DNA from: Raillietiella orientalis
Lineage: Eukaryota
Length of the DNA stretch: 64,000 nucleotides
Assembly (NCBI GenBank): GCA_036172245.1
Contig: JAYWIR010000001.1
Location: 5,642,001-5,706,000 of the forward strand
Reading direction: 5' to 3'
A model generated the notes under the pieces. It had not been told where the DNA came from and did not search any database. It saw only the letters and a list, made by a program, of their open reading frames with translations. Below, piece after piece: positions 38,041 to 49,700 of the stretch (position 1 is the first letter of the stretch; each line of letters starts with the position of its first letter). A program made the position numbers and the translations under genes.

Positions 38041-39296
38041 ATCAGTGACGCAGGAGAACTGACGGCGGATCAAGGTTGCGCGGCAAATGGCGACAAATAG
38101 CGCTCAGTGGCGACTGGGACTGCAGATGGAGTCCAAGGTCGGAGGGGTCGCCGTTTGGGTGAGATGCGAGGTTTCCGGCTGGAGAAGGACGGTTCGGTAA
38201 CCGAGGCAGCGGTCAAGCACGGACGGTCATCGCGTTACCTTTCAGGGGACTGTCCGTGCTTGACCTAGGTCCGTTCGAATAAGTCCCAAGTAGACCATCT
38301 GGCCGCTATCCAGAAAGCGAACTGCGAACTGGAGGGCGTTCCCCTCGTTTCTTCTTCTGTTGGCTTCGCACCACGCCGCCAGCGTTTCTCTTGACAGGCT
38401 GAGGCTTCACGCCAGCAGCCGCTCGACAGTCCAAGAGAGAGTGCGGCATTCACCGATTGCGACGGCTGCTTAATGAGCTCAGGAAGGATTGCCGTTCGCT
38501 AGACCTCGAATCAACGCTGCAGGCGACCACCGGAGAGAGAGAGAGAGAGAAAGGACCAAGCAAAAAAAACGAACAGAGTAGGGAACAATAGAGTGTGACA
38601 AGACAGCTGACACCGTGAATCCTCGGGAAGCCCCGAACAAAGATCAAAACGAGAGTTTGCCGATGAAAGCTCAGGGATGGTTTAACACGAGCGAGAGCAG
38701 ACCTATGAGCGCTGCTCGGCGTTGCGTCTCCGGAATATACGAATTTGAGCAGATGGATTGGCGTTTAAATCCAATTTGAGTTCCGTACTCATGAGCTGCA
38801 AGGGACCAAGCTTTCTCGCGGATCTCCTGTGCCGTATGTCAGCAGCATGCTGAGCGCAAGAAAAAGGAAAAAAAAAAAGTCTGTATCGAGGCTTTTTTTT
38901 ACGAGAGGAAGAGGAGGAGGAGGAGGGCTTTGGAAAACTTGCTGCATCAGCATTCATGAATACCATGGCATTACCGGAGAAGACGTGCGTAATCTTGTTT
39001 TCTTGCAGTCTGTCTCGAAATCCCAGGGAAGGAAATGGATCACCATTTTCCAGAGGAAAACTCCAGAATTTCGCATATGCCTGCGCGTTTTGTGGGGAGG
39101 AGGACATTTACGGAGCGACGCCGGAAAAGGTTTCCCGTCCCCATCGGATATCCGGGACAAATGACATTACGGAAGCAAGAGGGCGTTCCCCTGAGCACTG
39201 GATTCGGGATCTTTGGAGGGTCGGCTCACCTGTGATCTCCGGGGAGATGACAGGCAGGCTTCCAGGAGTCGCCGTCACTCTCGAGTTGTGTCCTGC

Positions 39297-39636
39297 TGCT
39301 CCAGGAATGACCGCTAGTACGTTCCGAAAGCCAATGCCGAAATGCTGGCGGAGGAGTCGCACGAAAGTACTCAAGTGTCATCTACCACGACCTGTCTGTG
39401 CTACGGTGTGGAGAATGGCTGTCTACCTTCTTTCCAGTTTCCTCTCTGCGACTGGTGAAGCGGTGGAAATGGATGTTCGTCTCCGGGTAACCACTTGATT
39501 GTTTCGACGGCGCCGCTGTTGTTCTTCAGCCAGGTACCACAGACAGGCCGTGGTAGATGGCACCTGCGTACTTCGGTGCAACTCCTCCACCAGCATTTCA
39601 ACGTTTCAGGAGGTACTAGCGGCCATTCCTGGAGCA
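39297..39636. repeat. Long imperfect inverted repeat
   Basis: 39297-39415 is the reverse complement of 39522-39636 with scattered mismatches (both read KCWxRSxTxVxxCHLPRPVC). Confidence 0.92.
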
Positions 39637-39749
39637 ATCATTTCATTCTGGAGACCCGGTAGCTGCGGCACCCCTTGACTGCGCAGACTAAGGCGACGTC
39701 AAACATGCAGCAACCAGCACCCCATAGTTCGTAGCACCCTCACCGGGAG

Positions 39750-40290
39750 CTGGAGGGAGTTTTCTGCATCCTTTCCAGGAAGCCGGCAAGTTCCTTCTGA
39801 GTATGTCCCATCTAGCTGCCGTCCTCATGGAGCCCAAGCTGAAGAAGATGGCGTCCCTTTCCGTCCTCCTCTCGCGTAGCTCCAGACCTCCACAATCTCA
39901 CAATCTAGGCAACAAAGAGCTGCTAGGGCTGCAGCAGGCGAAAGGGCATCGTGCACGAAGAGGCCCTTCGCCACGTCCCTGGGATTTTCTCATCGGTGCA
40001 CCAAGGACCGTTGCGTAGCGCAACCACAGGAGGCGGAAAGCAACACAGTCTACGAGCAGGTGCAAGAGAAATTATCGTTTCCCGCACCTGCAGCAGTTGG
40101 GATCCACAGTCACCCAGCTCCAGGGAGAGCGGCCAGCATTGTACGGGAGACAACAGTGTTGCTGCCCCTCCAGGGAGAGGACCCGGTTGTTCTTCAGCTC
40201 TGGGAGCCACTCCAGATCTTCTTGCAGGATTCCCAGCAGCTCATCCCAGAGCAATAGTCCTTTCGGTGGGGCACTTGGGTTCTCAACGTC
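39750..40290 (-). mobile_element. Non-LTR ORF2 C-terminal fragment
   Basis: LLGILQEDLEWLPELKNNRVLSL..PNCCRCGKR. Confidence 0.8.
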
Positions 40291-40319
40291 CGTGAGCTGG
40301 CCCATGGTCCCCAGCACAC

Positions 40320-40430
40320 CTCATAGCTGGGGTGCGCTGGGGCAGGTGGAGTCAGTTCAGTTTGATAGCTTGGTTGTGTCGGTGGATAAATGGAGCTAGG
40401 TGGGTTGGTTAGGTAGAGTATGTTGGCGTG
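40320..40430. repeat. Degenerate 5-bp-periodic G/T tract (GGTTA-like)
   Basis: Periodic ggtca/ggcta/ggtta; homologous to 44345-44470. Confidence 0.7.
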
Positions 40431-40491
40431 AACCTGCATACAATCTCGGGAAGAGATGCGGAGTAAGAAAATGCCTTTGTTCAATTGCGTT

Positions 40492-41640
40492 TGTGCCAGG
40501 GGCATTTATTATAAAAAAAAATCATAATAAAAGTACATGTGGTGAAACACTTGGTTTCAACACGTACGTCCAGCTTGCAGATCACCGATACGGAGACGGG
40601 CGAGGTCCGCTCCAGCAGCGAAGGGAGAGGGGCGAAGTAGCAAAAAAAAGGGGGGGAAGGGAAGCTTTGGAGAGAACGGGGGGGATGGGGAAGGGGTCAC
40701 GTTCCACTGAGAGACGTCCTCTGCATCCTGTCCAGGATACTGACAAGTGGTGTTCTCATGCTTCCCGGAGGGGGGCATCTCGAGGCGTTTAGGAAGATCC
40801 GCGCCCAGTGGATGACGTTCTGGACATTTTGGCCTCTTCTTCTCGCGTTCCAGGAGCCCACAATCCCGCGGACGCAGGATGAACAGCGAGTGACGCGGCT
40901 GGAGGCAGTGCGGCATCACGCATGAAGAGGCGTCGAAAAATGCCCCTCGGGCCGCCCGCAGGGGATCTCAAGGTCGTCATGAGGCGATCCCAAAGGGGTC
41001 GGAGGGCAGCATAGCCCAGCAGCAGGCACGGGAGGGTCTCCTTCTTCCCGCACTCTTTGCACTTGGCGTCCACACTCCCCCGTGTCCTGTGGTGAAGGCG
41101 CTCTTTGCACGGGAGTCCCCTATGCAACACCAGCAGCGCCAACTCCCGCCACTCGAGGGGGAGGGAGCCACTGTTCCAGCATGGTGAGGGCCAAGTTCAC
41201 CTCCTCCGGAGGTACCGCGTAACTGTCCTTTTGACGTGACATTCAGAGTCGCAGAATCAGTCACTTTTCGAGTTGTCAACGCCCCCAGAAGTTTCTTCCT
41301 TCCTGAAATGCAGTAGGATACTTCCTACTTTGCCGGAAGGTCGCTTCCCCTTGATTCCTTTAGGGAGGGCAGCCCTGGGGCATGGGGGGAAGGGCAGGGT
41401 AAACGATGCTTACAGCAGCTTGCGCGGGCTGCAAATGATCTTCAGCAGCGACTGTCGAGAGTGCCTTCCTTTCCAGACGCAGGCCTACCCTACCTCTCTC
41501 GAGCCGTGGGTCTCTCCCCACGCGGGAACTGACTTCGCAGCCATGCAAACCAGTACTCGGGGAGGCAGAAAATCCCGATGTTCTCCACCAAGGCAACCAC
41601 CAGACGTAGCTGATGGTCACAGTGCCTCAGACTCTTGTTA
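40492..41640 (-). mobile_element. Non-LTR ORF2 C-terminus and 3' end
   Basis: LLVLHRGLPCKERLHH..CKECGKKETLPCLLLG..LRPLWDRL; degenerate terminus at 40510-40492. Confidence 0.85.
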
Positions 41641-41699
41641 GCTACGAGAACCGAAGAAAATCCTTCGCAGCCGGTCGCTCAAGTAAATTGCGGGTCAAG

Positions 41700-43700
41700 G
41701 GGTCATTCTGAACGTCATTCGTTAATATTTAATCCGCCTAAGCAAAATTACACATACACTCTCCATTCGGTGGTATTGAAATCCATTTAATGACATCGAA
41801 ATCAATGCCAGTATGTAGTTTCGATGGCTACCAACTGAATATGCAAGGCCATTTCCAGCGTCATTAACTGTACATCATGTAAATATATTTGATCCGTTGC
41901 TTGCTATTGAATGGAGTGGAATTTCTCGCATTTCTGCTCAAAGAAGGAAGCTCGCGGCAAGAAGGCTCTTGGGAAGAGAAGACACCTCAACTCATGAGCA
42001 CCGCAGCGATTCCGAGAGCACCGATAGGTGCGGCACCCTCGTAGAACGCTGCGGGTCAGCCGCGTGCGGCTCTGCGGATAAATTTCGATTGTGTGGCAAA
42101 GTGCGAGTCCAGGTGTCTTCCAAAAGGATGTCCAAACACGTGATTAAAGTAGCTGGTGTTCTGTTTTATTCAAATCTTCATGAATGAATCATTAGGAAAG
42201 AAGTTGCGATAAACGGTAGGACGGTTCAATTGATAGCAACGAAACTCTAAATGTTCTTTTTTCGCTTCTAGTGGAATAATCAATAATCAATTCCAATTTT
42301 TCTCTATTTCAAAGTAGAATAATAGACATTCTGTTACCCTGGCGTTTGTTTCGAGTGTAAACACTATCATGTCATCTATATAAAACCCATAGGGCTCGTA
42401 TAACACGGAATGTATCCCTCGTGTTATGCTGGGACCGCCGGTATGTACCATTCTGTGATGATGTGTACCGCTGAGTAACGGAGCTCTGGTGTTGAAGAAA
42501 ATCAGAAAATTTCCAAGTAGAAACGCCAAAAATAAAAAGTGAAAGTAAATTCCTCTCTGAGAGGTTCGAGTCCAGGAAAAGCCTCTGCTGCTCCTGCAAT
42601 CTTGAAGACGTAGACATCTCCTTTCTTTAAGACGACCGTGCTTCCGTTGCTACGACACGAAAATGCTCGCGCCTATGGGAGCAGCCGTCGTGAAGTCAGC
42701 ACCAGCAAGTGGTGCGTACAGACGGCGGAGCTCTGGAAGGGGTCGAACGGATCCACGCTGCGAGCAAAGTATCACGCGCGACTTCACAGCTTGCTCCCTG
42801 ACCAGGTCGCGGGATCCCAGCACGCGCATATCTGTGTACCCCGTATCAGCTGCGGATGGTTCTTCCTCTCCAGATCGCCATTTCGGATGCATCCCTTAAG
42901 CTGCAACCTCTTTCTCAAGATCACCGTCCGTCTTGTCAGCCGTTGTGACGTTACCATCTTGCACGTTGTCTGCTTAGATGATCGCCCGACCCTGAAGCCG
43001 CCCTCACCTGAAACGTCCGTGTAGGCAGGGCAAAAGGCCAGGAGAAAGCCTTCTTTGTTCTCGAATCCCCCGATCCGCCATCTCCGGTGAGGCCGCTCGC
43101 TCCGAAAGTATCGATTCGAGCATCGTCCGGTCAGCGCCGCAGAGGGAAGCCAGAATGAGCCAGCTGTACTTTACATCGCCGGTGGGGACTCCAGAACAAT
43201 CGGGAGCTTTTCTGTTCCAACGCCTTCGAGCGGACTCCGACTCCGCTTCCCGGATGTTCCAAGTGAAAGACACAACTAGAGCCAATATGAGCCGTTTCAG
43301 TTCCCGTTCTTCATCAATCACAGACGCCATCCACAACAGCAGCGCCTCCTCCCTCTTCGAGAACAGCTGATGGATACCTGCCGATTTTCTTTTGCCTTTT
43401 TTTCCCTGCGTCCATGCATCTCCCGAGTCATCTCGCTATTGCAGGAAGATTCTCGAACTTCGGAAATCTGCGTGTTCTGTTGGTTTCCTCAGCGAAAGGC
43501 AAGCACGCTGAATCCTTTCCAAGTGGGAAAATGGTGCAGCAGCTTCGCAACATCTGCAGTTCTCTAGACGTTTCCGTGGGAGCTGCAAAGTTAACAGGAA
43601 TTGCGTGATGCTTCCTCTCGCACCCTCGTGACTGCAGCAACGATGGTCCAGGATTCCGTGGTCTCTCTCTACAACAGCAGCATTTCATGCGGTCACACTA
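41700..43700 (-). mobile_element. DIRS-type (tyrosine-recombinase) retrotransposon pol remnant
   Basis: Ordered motifs GRLQ....*....D (GGRL..W), SQRGSVRPLPELRRL (KKDG..RP..DLR.LN), GIYFHF (DAYFHI), FYIDDMIVF, HLEFRCYQL, then an RNase H-like HIQLVAIE; many stops and frameshifts. Confidence 0.62.
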
Positions 43701-44299
43701 CCCCCCTCCCCTCCGGCACACCTGCCATACCGCAAAGAGTCGCACCGAGTGTCTCTCGCAGGGAGTTAGGAAGATATCGTGCAGCTGAGGCGGGAATCTT
43801 TGCTATTCGCACTTTCCCCTTTTCTTCTGCTGACTTGATGGAGCAGTTGAAGCGCACGCGCGCCCACCAGCACGAGATGGGACCCTCCCCTCTCCACCGT
43901 GCAACTCAAAAGACAAGTCAAATGCCAGCAGATTACCGGCGGACGATCGTCAGGGAAATTTAGAACTATGGATGGAACGTTCTGGAACATCTCCTGCTCG
44001 GGAACCAGTGACTGGAACTCCAGACTTTCAAGGGTGGGCACTGGTCCCTCCATGGGGAGCACGAGTTTGGAACCCCTAGAAGTCGTCTGAGAGGGAGAAG
44101 AGACAGGACTGCAGTTGGTGTACTGTGCAGGCGCGAGGTCTCCTGGGTGCTTCGGAGCCGCTTCCGCTTCCGTGCAGCGCGACGGTGGGGATCCGAGAGC
44201 TTGCAGAGGAGCAACAGACAAACACGTGCGCAGGGCGAGCACGCGTTTGTGTCGTGGCACACGAACACGCATTTTACTGAAAACATTCGCCCACCTTAA

Positions 44300-44535
44300 C
44301 AGGTTGGCGCTGGTCAGTTAGGTGAAGTATGAGTCGGGGAAAGTTATGTTTGGTGGAGTGTGCTGGGTCAGGTGAAGCTAGGTCAGGTCAGGCTAGGTGG
44401 AGCTGAGCGGTTCATCAGTTGTGGTAGGTTGCACTTCGTTTAGTTGGCTAGGTGGGGTATGTTGGGATAGTCATGAGGGTTGGTTCAGTGGGATGTGCTG
44501 GGTTAGATGAATTGAGTTCAGTATGCTAGCTGGGA
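44300..44535. repeat. Degenerate 5-bp-periodic G/T tract (GGTTA-like)
   Basis: ggtca ggtga agcta ggtca ggtca ggcta ggtgg... over about 230 bp. Confidence 0.8.
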
Positions 44536-45949
44536 CGCTTTGGGGCAAGTAGGTGATTTCCGAGTTGTGCGATGGAGGCAATGCGCCGCAGGAGCGTCAT
44601 CACTTCATGGGTCGCATCTTTCATGGGTTTCGCACTTTTCCGTTCTCTTTGCTTTGCATCTTTGTCAACGAACGAAGAATCCATGGTGGGATCCGTGTAC
44701 ACATTGTATGGCTCTGAAAGAGCAGGAACGAGATTACTTTGTAAAGTGGACACTATAACGTGATGGAGACCAAATCCCTTCTCGGCAAATACAGCTGATT
44801 TCGTTTTCGAAACTTCAACCAGCCGAAGAGTCATGGTGATGTTTACTACGAGTAATTTTCGGTTTATCACCCTGACAACAGGAAAACACTCTGGCTGCTT
44901 GGCTCGACCTGAATCCATTCTAAGGGCTCCCTCAGTTTCTTCGGCCATCCACATCGGTATTTCTGGCACGTATCTCTGGAACTCTGGATGTTTTGGAGGG
45001 TCATTCCCTTCCGCATTTCGTCATTTTCTTCTTTTTTCGGGATCCTCAGCACCCTCAACACCTTCCCGTTCGGATCCCATCATCCCAACGATTCTAGACG
45101 TTTGCCTTTAGAATATTGGGGAGTGTCTCCCTATCAGGGGTGCTCCAGAGCGGCTAAAGGCAGCTCCGGCTGCAAGCGTTCTCTCCTGGAATCCGGGGAA
45201 GATTGAAGGAGTTTCCGGGAAGAGGTCAGTCCTCAGCACTTATCCTCCTTCCTCCTCGCGTCATGCAGCACCTTGAAGTGCTTTTATGGGCGCACCTTGC
45301 AGGACGACCTTGGAGCTTGGGAGCCCCAAATCTGGTTTCAGCCTGGAGTGTGTTCCGGAAACGAGCTGCCTGGGAGCCACCAGTTCCACCGCTTGAGGGT
45401 AGCACTCTTATTCTGCTCGAGCATTCCATCAGGACTTTCCCCTTCCTCCCCCAGATGGCACATCTGCCGCACATTTTGTAGGCTCCGTTCCCGGTATGCG
45501 ATGCCCTTAAAGGCGCAAATAGGGCGGTGGAGCTTCATGAGTGCGCCTGCAGTCCGCGGACCTAAGCGGCTGCCTGCCACGTAGGGAATGCCAGGTCGGA
45601 GGCGCGAGGTTGCCCCGCGCAAACCACGGTCCTCCACCTGATTCCGGCGCTTTGAAGTCAGGCGGTTTCCGTCGGGCTTCCTTGCTTCGCACCGTGAGCG
45701 GGACGGAGGTCGACCTTCCCCCGAGTAGAATTCTGCGGTGGGATCTGCAACCCTCGGCACTGTGCTTTGGAGAGAACCCGCTTCCCTGGAGCTGGTTTTC
45801 TTCCATCGTCGACGTGCTGTCGACCTCACCGCTCGGCTCGCTCTGTACCTCGCAGTGTCCATGCCCTCCTGGCCGAACCGCACGCAAACTCCCCCGAGTC
45901 TTCGTGTGCCGATGGCGCCTGCAGGCATTCTTTTCGACCACCGATCGTG

Positions 45950-46680
45950 GGGCCCTGTGAGGCACTTCGCGCACGGCTGGATCCGGAGAGACCAGCTGCT
46001 CGCTGCAAGACTGTCGAGACGCAACTCGCCCGACTCGTTTGAGGACGCTCATGCCAGGACACCGCCACCACCACGCGTACAACTTGATCTTGATGGAACT
46101 TCCGTTTTATTTTCTGCACCAGAAGATGAGAGACCGCAGAAATCTCACGAGGGAAGCGAAGGCCGAATCAGCGAACAGGCAGGGAATGCCGCGCATGCAG
46201 ATGGAGTGAAAATGTGGTTACAAATCAAGCAGGCGGAAGGCAGATAAAGCAGGGCATGAATGCAGGAGGACCACCGGCCGGAGTGGATGCATCGGCGAAG
46301 TGGCTGCATGGGTACGAATTTCAATTCCGAGGAGCCATCGTGGAACGGAATCTCGAGTGCTCCCGAGTCCGTGAGTTTCCAGCAAGCCGCAACAGCTTGG
46401 GCAGTAGAGGAGCGCTCGGATGGGGAAGAACCCGGTGCTTGCCTCGCCTTCGTTCGTCCGACGATCAGCGTGCCGAGGTGGCCGTGCGTTGCCAAGACGA
46501 TGCCTTCTTGGAAGAGGGCAAATGCTGCCTTCAACGCAACGAGGTCTTTCGCCGTGATACCTTCGATTGCAGCCAGCGTGGAGCGCTCTTGTCCACCTCA
46601 AACCAACATGAAGATCGGTCGCCTGCGGTAGCTGAGAAATGCCAGGAAATATTCTAGAGCTGTTTTCCCTATCATCCATG
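45950..46680 (+). mobile_element. hAT transposase C-terminal remnant
   Basis: SWKRANAAFNATRSFAVIPSIAASVERS..RLR resembles the hAT dimerisation motif (LAIPASSASVER). Confidence 0.5.
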
Positions 46681-46699
46681 CACACATGAAGTCCCGAGT

Positions 46700-47270
46700 G
46701 TACGAACAGAACATGTGACTTGAGGCACTGCTCGGGATCTGCTGTGATCTTTCAGTGTTCGTGTTTATTTCATTCTGCTTCGATGTCACCCTTCAGTCTG
46801 GAATGAATTTGCTTACTGGCTTGCATCGGATTGCTGAAATCATCAGAGTTGCGTCGTCTTCTGTTACATGGATAAGTTATTCTGACAGAAACAAAGTAAA
46901 AAACAAAAAAAATTGCATCCATAGTGGATAAAGGATATGGGGAAGGGAAGGCAGTAGTTTTCGTAGCCACGGCTCGGCTAGAATGCTTTGTTTTGTTTCC
47001 AATGTACCTCTTGGAGTTTAATGGCAGCCCGCTTTGTCATCAATGTCCCCTTGGTCATTTGTACCAGGCTGAACATATTCTGAGCAATCTCTTGCTAAAA
47101 TTTCGAAAAGCAATCGCAAGGTTTCTGCGCCAGGGATGCTTTGAAAAAGTCATGCTTATCCATGTTGGCAAATTCAGGAGATGGACGAACCGTTTTTTTC
47201 TTACGAGAAACTCGTTTAATCTTTTCCATAGTGAGCTTCCTCGAAGATCAGTTGAGCTTCCATGACGTTA
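46700..47270 (-). mobile_element. Possible hAT transposase C-terminal remnant
   Basis: HWKQNKAF*PS / LRKLLPSLP / STMDAIF across frameshifts. Confidence 0.35.
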
Positions 47271-47399
47271 TAAACCTTTGATCTTTTTGCCTCGGAGCAA
47301 AGTTGTTTTATTGGATGCAAAAGCTAATTAAGGACTTTTTTTTAACGAAAAAAAAAAAAAAGGAAGAGGAGGAGAAGAAGAAAAGAAAGAAAAGAGGGG

Positions 47400-49700
47400 A
47401 AATATTGATGCCAAGGACCGGCAACTGACAGTCGATGGAAACTCATAGGTCAAAGGGTGCCGGTGCCAACGCGTGCTGATCTTTTGGCTCCTAGTTCCTA
47501 AAACTTAGATTTTGAACATCGACCCACTCCTGTTGTTAAAGCCATCCGCGCAACCCTTCTGTGTGGAAGCTGTGGGTTCGCTCCCGCGTCCATACCACTT
47601 CGATCGGGATGGCCTGCATCGGATCCTGTCGGTTCTATGAAAGATTATGCGGCTTTCGCATAAATTTCGGCTTGCGTGCTGTTCGCCCGCTTACTTAAGA
47701 TCAACTGCTCCCGTGGAAGTGAAAAAGTACCAACTACTACTGGGGATCTGCGTGGCTAATTATATGGTGGTTCCGATCTGTAATTTCTTCTGAACGGCCT
47801 GTAATTAAAATTGCCACGTTGCAGAGATCTGAGTTCGAGAGGTGGTGGTGGTGTTTCGGTAATTGCGAGGACTCATTTCCGTCGGAAGCACCCCCGTTTC
47901 TTTCATTCCAGATCCGCAAGCGTCGAGGAATTGCAACAAAGCAGCACGTGGTAATTAGATGGCTATTGTGCAATTCCTCTCCGGGAAGAGATATTATCCG
48001 GTAATATTTCCATGGTTTCCGGAATGAGATTTCGTCACTCCACGCACTTCGTAAATCCACCGCGGATCGCAACAGCAATCAGCAGCCATTCCTTTCGCAA
48101 CGCGCACGCGGGAAGGCTCCTCGTTTCGCCGGCATGCAAGAAAACGGTCCCTGCCGGCGATCGAGAGAGTTCTAAAGCAGCCATAATCGAAGACAAATAA
48201 AAGGAAACTGAGACCCTAATTTTCTCCGTGAAGATGAATTTTTGATGACTTTTAGGTGCTCCGAGGAAGCAAAAATGGCCATTCGGCTGGCGTAAGGAAC
48301 GCGATGGGGAACCAGGCGCGCACTTCTTGCGATCGAGGTTCCCGATCGAGGGCTTTGATTCAGGGGGTTCGCAGCTAAGGCTCCCGGAGTGTTGAATTTC
48401 AGCGAGAATCCTCAATGATGTAAGTAATAGCTTCCGTCTAGCTTTTGTGTCTGAAAGTTTTGGAAGCACTCTTCAAACACCGAGACCAGAAGGAGTGGCA
48501 GGTAGAAGCTTGACAGCAATCCGAGGAAAGGAGGCGGTAATTGATACTCAGAGAATTCGGGAATACCGGAACCGCACAGATCTGCCGTTCGGGAGGCGAA
48601 TCTCTTAATGGAATCAACCCAAAAACAAGACGACGAGACATCCAGTGATGCAACAGGAATTTGGATGCTTCTGAGGGTACGCATTAAACACTGCAAGATT
48701 CTTGACGGGTTCGCTTCGCAGATCTCTTTTTCATCCAAACGCTCAGTCGTGCAGTTCCATAGTCCCTGGAAAATCGATGGTGGCTTTGGTGCGGAATTTC
48801 GCGAAAGGCTGTCTGGCCTCCTCTCCTCCCAAAGAACAGGTGGCTTTCCACCCAAAGGGCGAGCGGAACTGGCACCGTCCATCCACGTTCATCTGCGACC
48901 TCGTATCTGACCACCGTCCAAAATATCCCTCACTCTCGAGGCGCGATCTGCAAGCATTAGCTGCATCACAGGGAGTCGAACGGAGCACGGAAGCGACCTT
49001 TAGAACCACGCCCGTGGTTTCCAGGGAGCCAAGGAAAGGAGAGGTGCTTCTGCCAAGCTATAAGCTCGAAGCTCTCGCCCTGAAGTGCCAAATTCCCCTG
49101 CCTCCAGATGACGGCGCCAACCACAGGATAAGCCAAAGTCCTTGAATCGGTTTGTCTCTTGCAAGAGGTCCCGTGCTCAACTCCCTCAAAATGCAGATCA
49201 TCCTGCCGCTTCGATTTTACGAGGGTGAAATCGGATCGATTACTCTCCTCAGAGTGTGAGAGGTCGGCTGCATTGCTACCGAGCACGTAGCGCCACCTAC
49301 ATATTGATGGAAAACCGGAGGAGACGCGGCTGACTTGAAAAGGAGCTCGAAAGAGCGATTCCTCGTTTGCGCAAAAGAGTTTCTCCACTCCTGAGATTCC
49401 CCCTCCTCTTGCTCTGTTTGGGCCTTGCGGCTTCTTGCGGTATGCCGAACAGGAAAATTTTCGGGTTTTCATCCATTTTATGCGACTTCGTTTCGAGATT
49501 TTTTTTCCTCCTTCCTCGATTTCGCTTATTGCATTACGGGGATGTTTATGCTTTGCGATTACCTGCATTTCTGCTTACTCTGCGTGAACCCCAAAGTCTG
49601 TTCTTCCTCTTGTCTTTTTGATGGCTTGCGTTTGCTCAGCCAAAGTGACTCTTCCGCAAGAATTCGTTCCGGGTGGACACCAGCAGCCATAAATTCGTGT
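47400..49700 (-). mobile_element. Possible long decayed hAT transposase
   Basis: Weak ordered resemblances: RVIDP/DFTL, RE*GIF..VAD, LRILAEIQ..SCE..PSI, PQL..VARMALT. Confidence 0.3.
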
